From: Eubacteriales bacterium
Lineage (GTDB): Bacteria > Bacillota > Clostridia > Oscillospirales > CAG-272
NCBI GenBank assembly: GCA_045587445.1
Contig: JAZNCH010000069.1
Coordinates: 5,466 to 69,465 of the forward strand
Direction of reading: 5' to 3'
DNA: 64,000 nucleotides
In this document: positions 63,241 to 64,000 of the stretch, one piece after another
How the letters are laid out: each line of letters opens with the position of its first letter
Position numbering within the stretch: the stretch's first letter is position 1
Program-made: the position numbers and the translations under genes
The notes under the pieces: model-generated
Seen by the model: only the letters and a program-made list of their open reading frames with translations
What the model was told of the DNA's origin: nothing
Databases searched by the model: none

Positions 63241-63954
63241 TTATTTCAGTTCCTTTTTCAAATCAATAAAGAACTTAACGTTGTTATTTACAAAACGCTT
63301 GATTCGTTTAGGCTCTTTTGCAATTCTGTAAAGCCACTCGATATTGTGATTAATAAAAAACTGAGGAGCACGCTTTTTAGTGCCGCTGAGTACATCAAAG
63401 CTTCCGCCAACACCTACAAATATACCTTTTTCAAAATCACCAAGATGCTTATAAATAAGTTTTTCTTGAGCAGGCATACCTAATGCAACAAGAACAATAT
63501 CGGGAGCTGCCTTTTTAATTTCTTCAAAGGTTGAATCTTTATCTGAAACATAACCATTTTCTGCGCCTGCAATTCTAAGGTTGGGATATTTTTCTTTTAA
63601 AATTACAAGCATAGCATCGATAACCTCTTGTTTTGAACCGAAGAGATAAACCGAAGCCGATAATTCATTGCCGTATTCAAAAAGCTTTTGAGCAATATCA
63701 ACACCGGGAATTCTTTCGGGCAGATTAATTCCCACCATATTAGAGCCTTTTATAATTCCTATGCCGTCAGCTACAATAGTTGTTTTTTCATCCATAAGAA
63801 GAGTGTTAACTTCATTATCTTTTCTGCCAAACATAAATGCTTCGGGATTTGCGGTTACAACAAATTTTTTTTCATTATTGTTAAGTGCATTTTTGAGAAT
63901 TGAAAAAAAACTTTCGGCATTTCCCTTGTAAAGTCTGTTAAAATATTCTTTCAT
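63241..63954 (-). CDS. tagA: WecB/TagA/CpsF-family glycosyltransferase (ManNAc transferase type)
   Basis: ..VVTANPEAFM..ADGIGI..LFGSKQEV..VALGMPAQEKL..VGVGGSFDVLSG..KRAP..NIEWLYR. Confidence 0.88.
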   Translation of the reverse strand: MKEYFNRLYKGNAESFFSILKNALNNNEKKFVVTANPEAFMFGRKDNEVNTLLMDEKTTIVADGIGIIKGSNMVGINLPERIPGVDIAQKLFEYGNELSASVYLFGSKQEVIDAMLVILKEKYPNLRIAGAENGYVSDKDSTFEEIKKAAPDIVLVALGMPAQEKLIYKHLGDFEKGIFVGVGGSFDVLSGTKKRAPQFFINHNIEWLYRIAKEPKRIKRFVNNNVKFFIDLKKELK

Positions 63955-64000
63955 TTTTTAACCTCTAATGATTAAATTTCTCTATTGAAAAGTGAAATCC

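Overview
The window looks like chromosomal DNA from a low-GC Gram-positive anaerobe, probably Clostridia and possibly Oscillospiraceae/Ruminococcaceae-like. This placement is inferred from gene content only. About 55 protein genes are supported. Most are housekeeping: lepA-hemW, hppA, metA, ribF, ireB, rlmN-stp-prkC, coaW, hisS-aspS, wecB-tagA, and a DeoR-linked 2-oxoacid dehydrogenase complex with a fused E1 alpha/beta. There is one tRNA-Lys. No rRNA, CRISPR array, transposase, integrase or prophage genes were seen. Three things stand out. (1) Two T-box riboswitch leaders each gate an unusual operon built around a fused AMP-forming acyl-CoA ligase. The first (about 0.85-7.66 kb, specifier read as GUA/Val) contains an HTH-cupin::ligase fusion, an omega-amidase-like Nit protein, a P-loop ATPase and a four-subunit 2-oxoacid:ferredoxin oxidoreductase. 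I interpret it as a starvation-induced route from a branched short-chain acid to an amino acid by reductive carboxylation. The second (about 22.28-27.38 kb, specifier read as CUC/Leu) contains a LeuA homolog that has lost all catalytic metal and substrate residues, a TIM-barrel::ligase fusion and an amidohydrolase. (2) Two inverted copies of a palindrome-rich non-coding element of about 560 bp bracket an 18.5 kb segment. (3) A modular, BOX-like family of intergenic hairpin repeats occurs at 8 or more sites, and its stem differences between copies are compensatory. All calls come from reading the sequence and the ORF translations; no searches were run.
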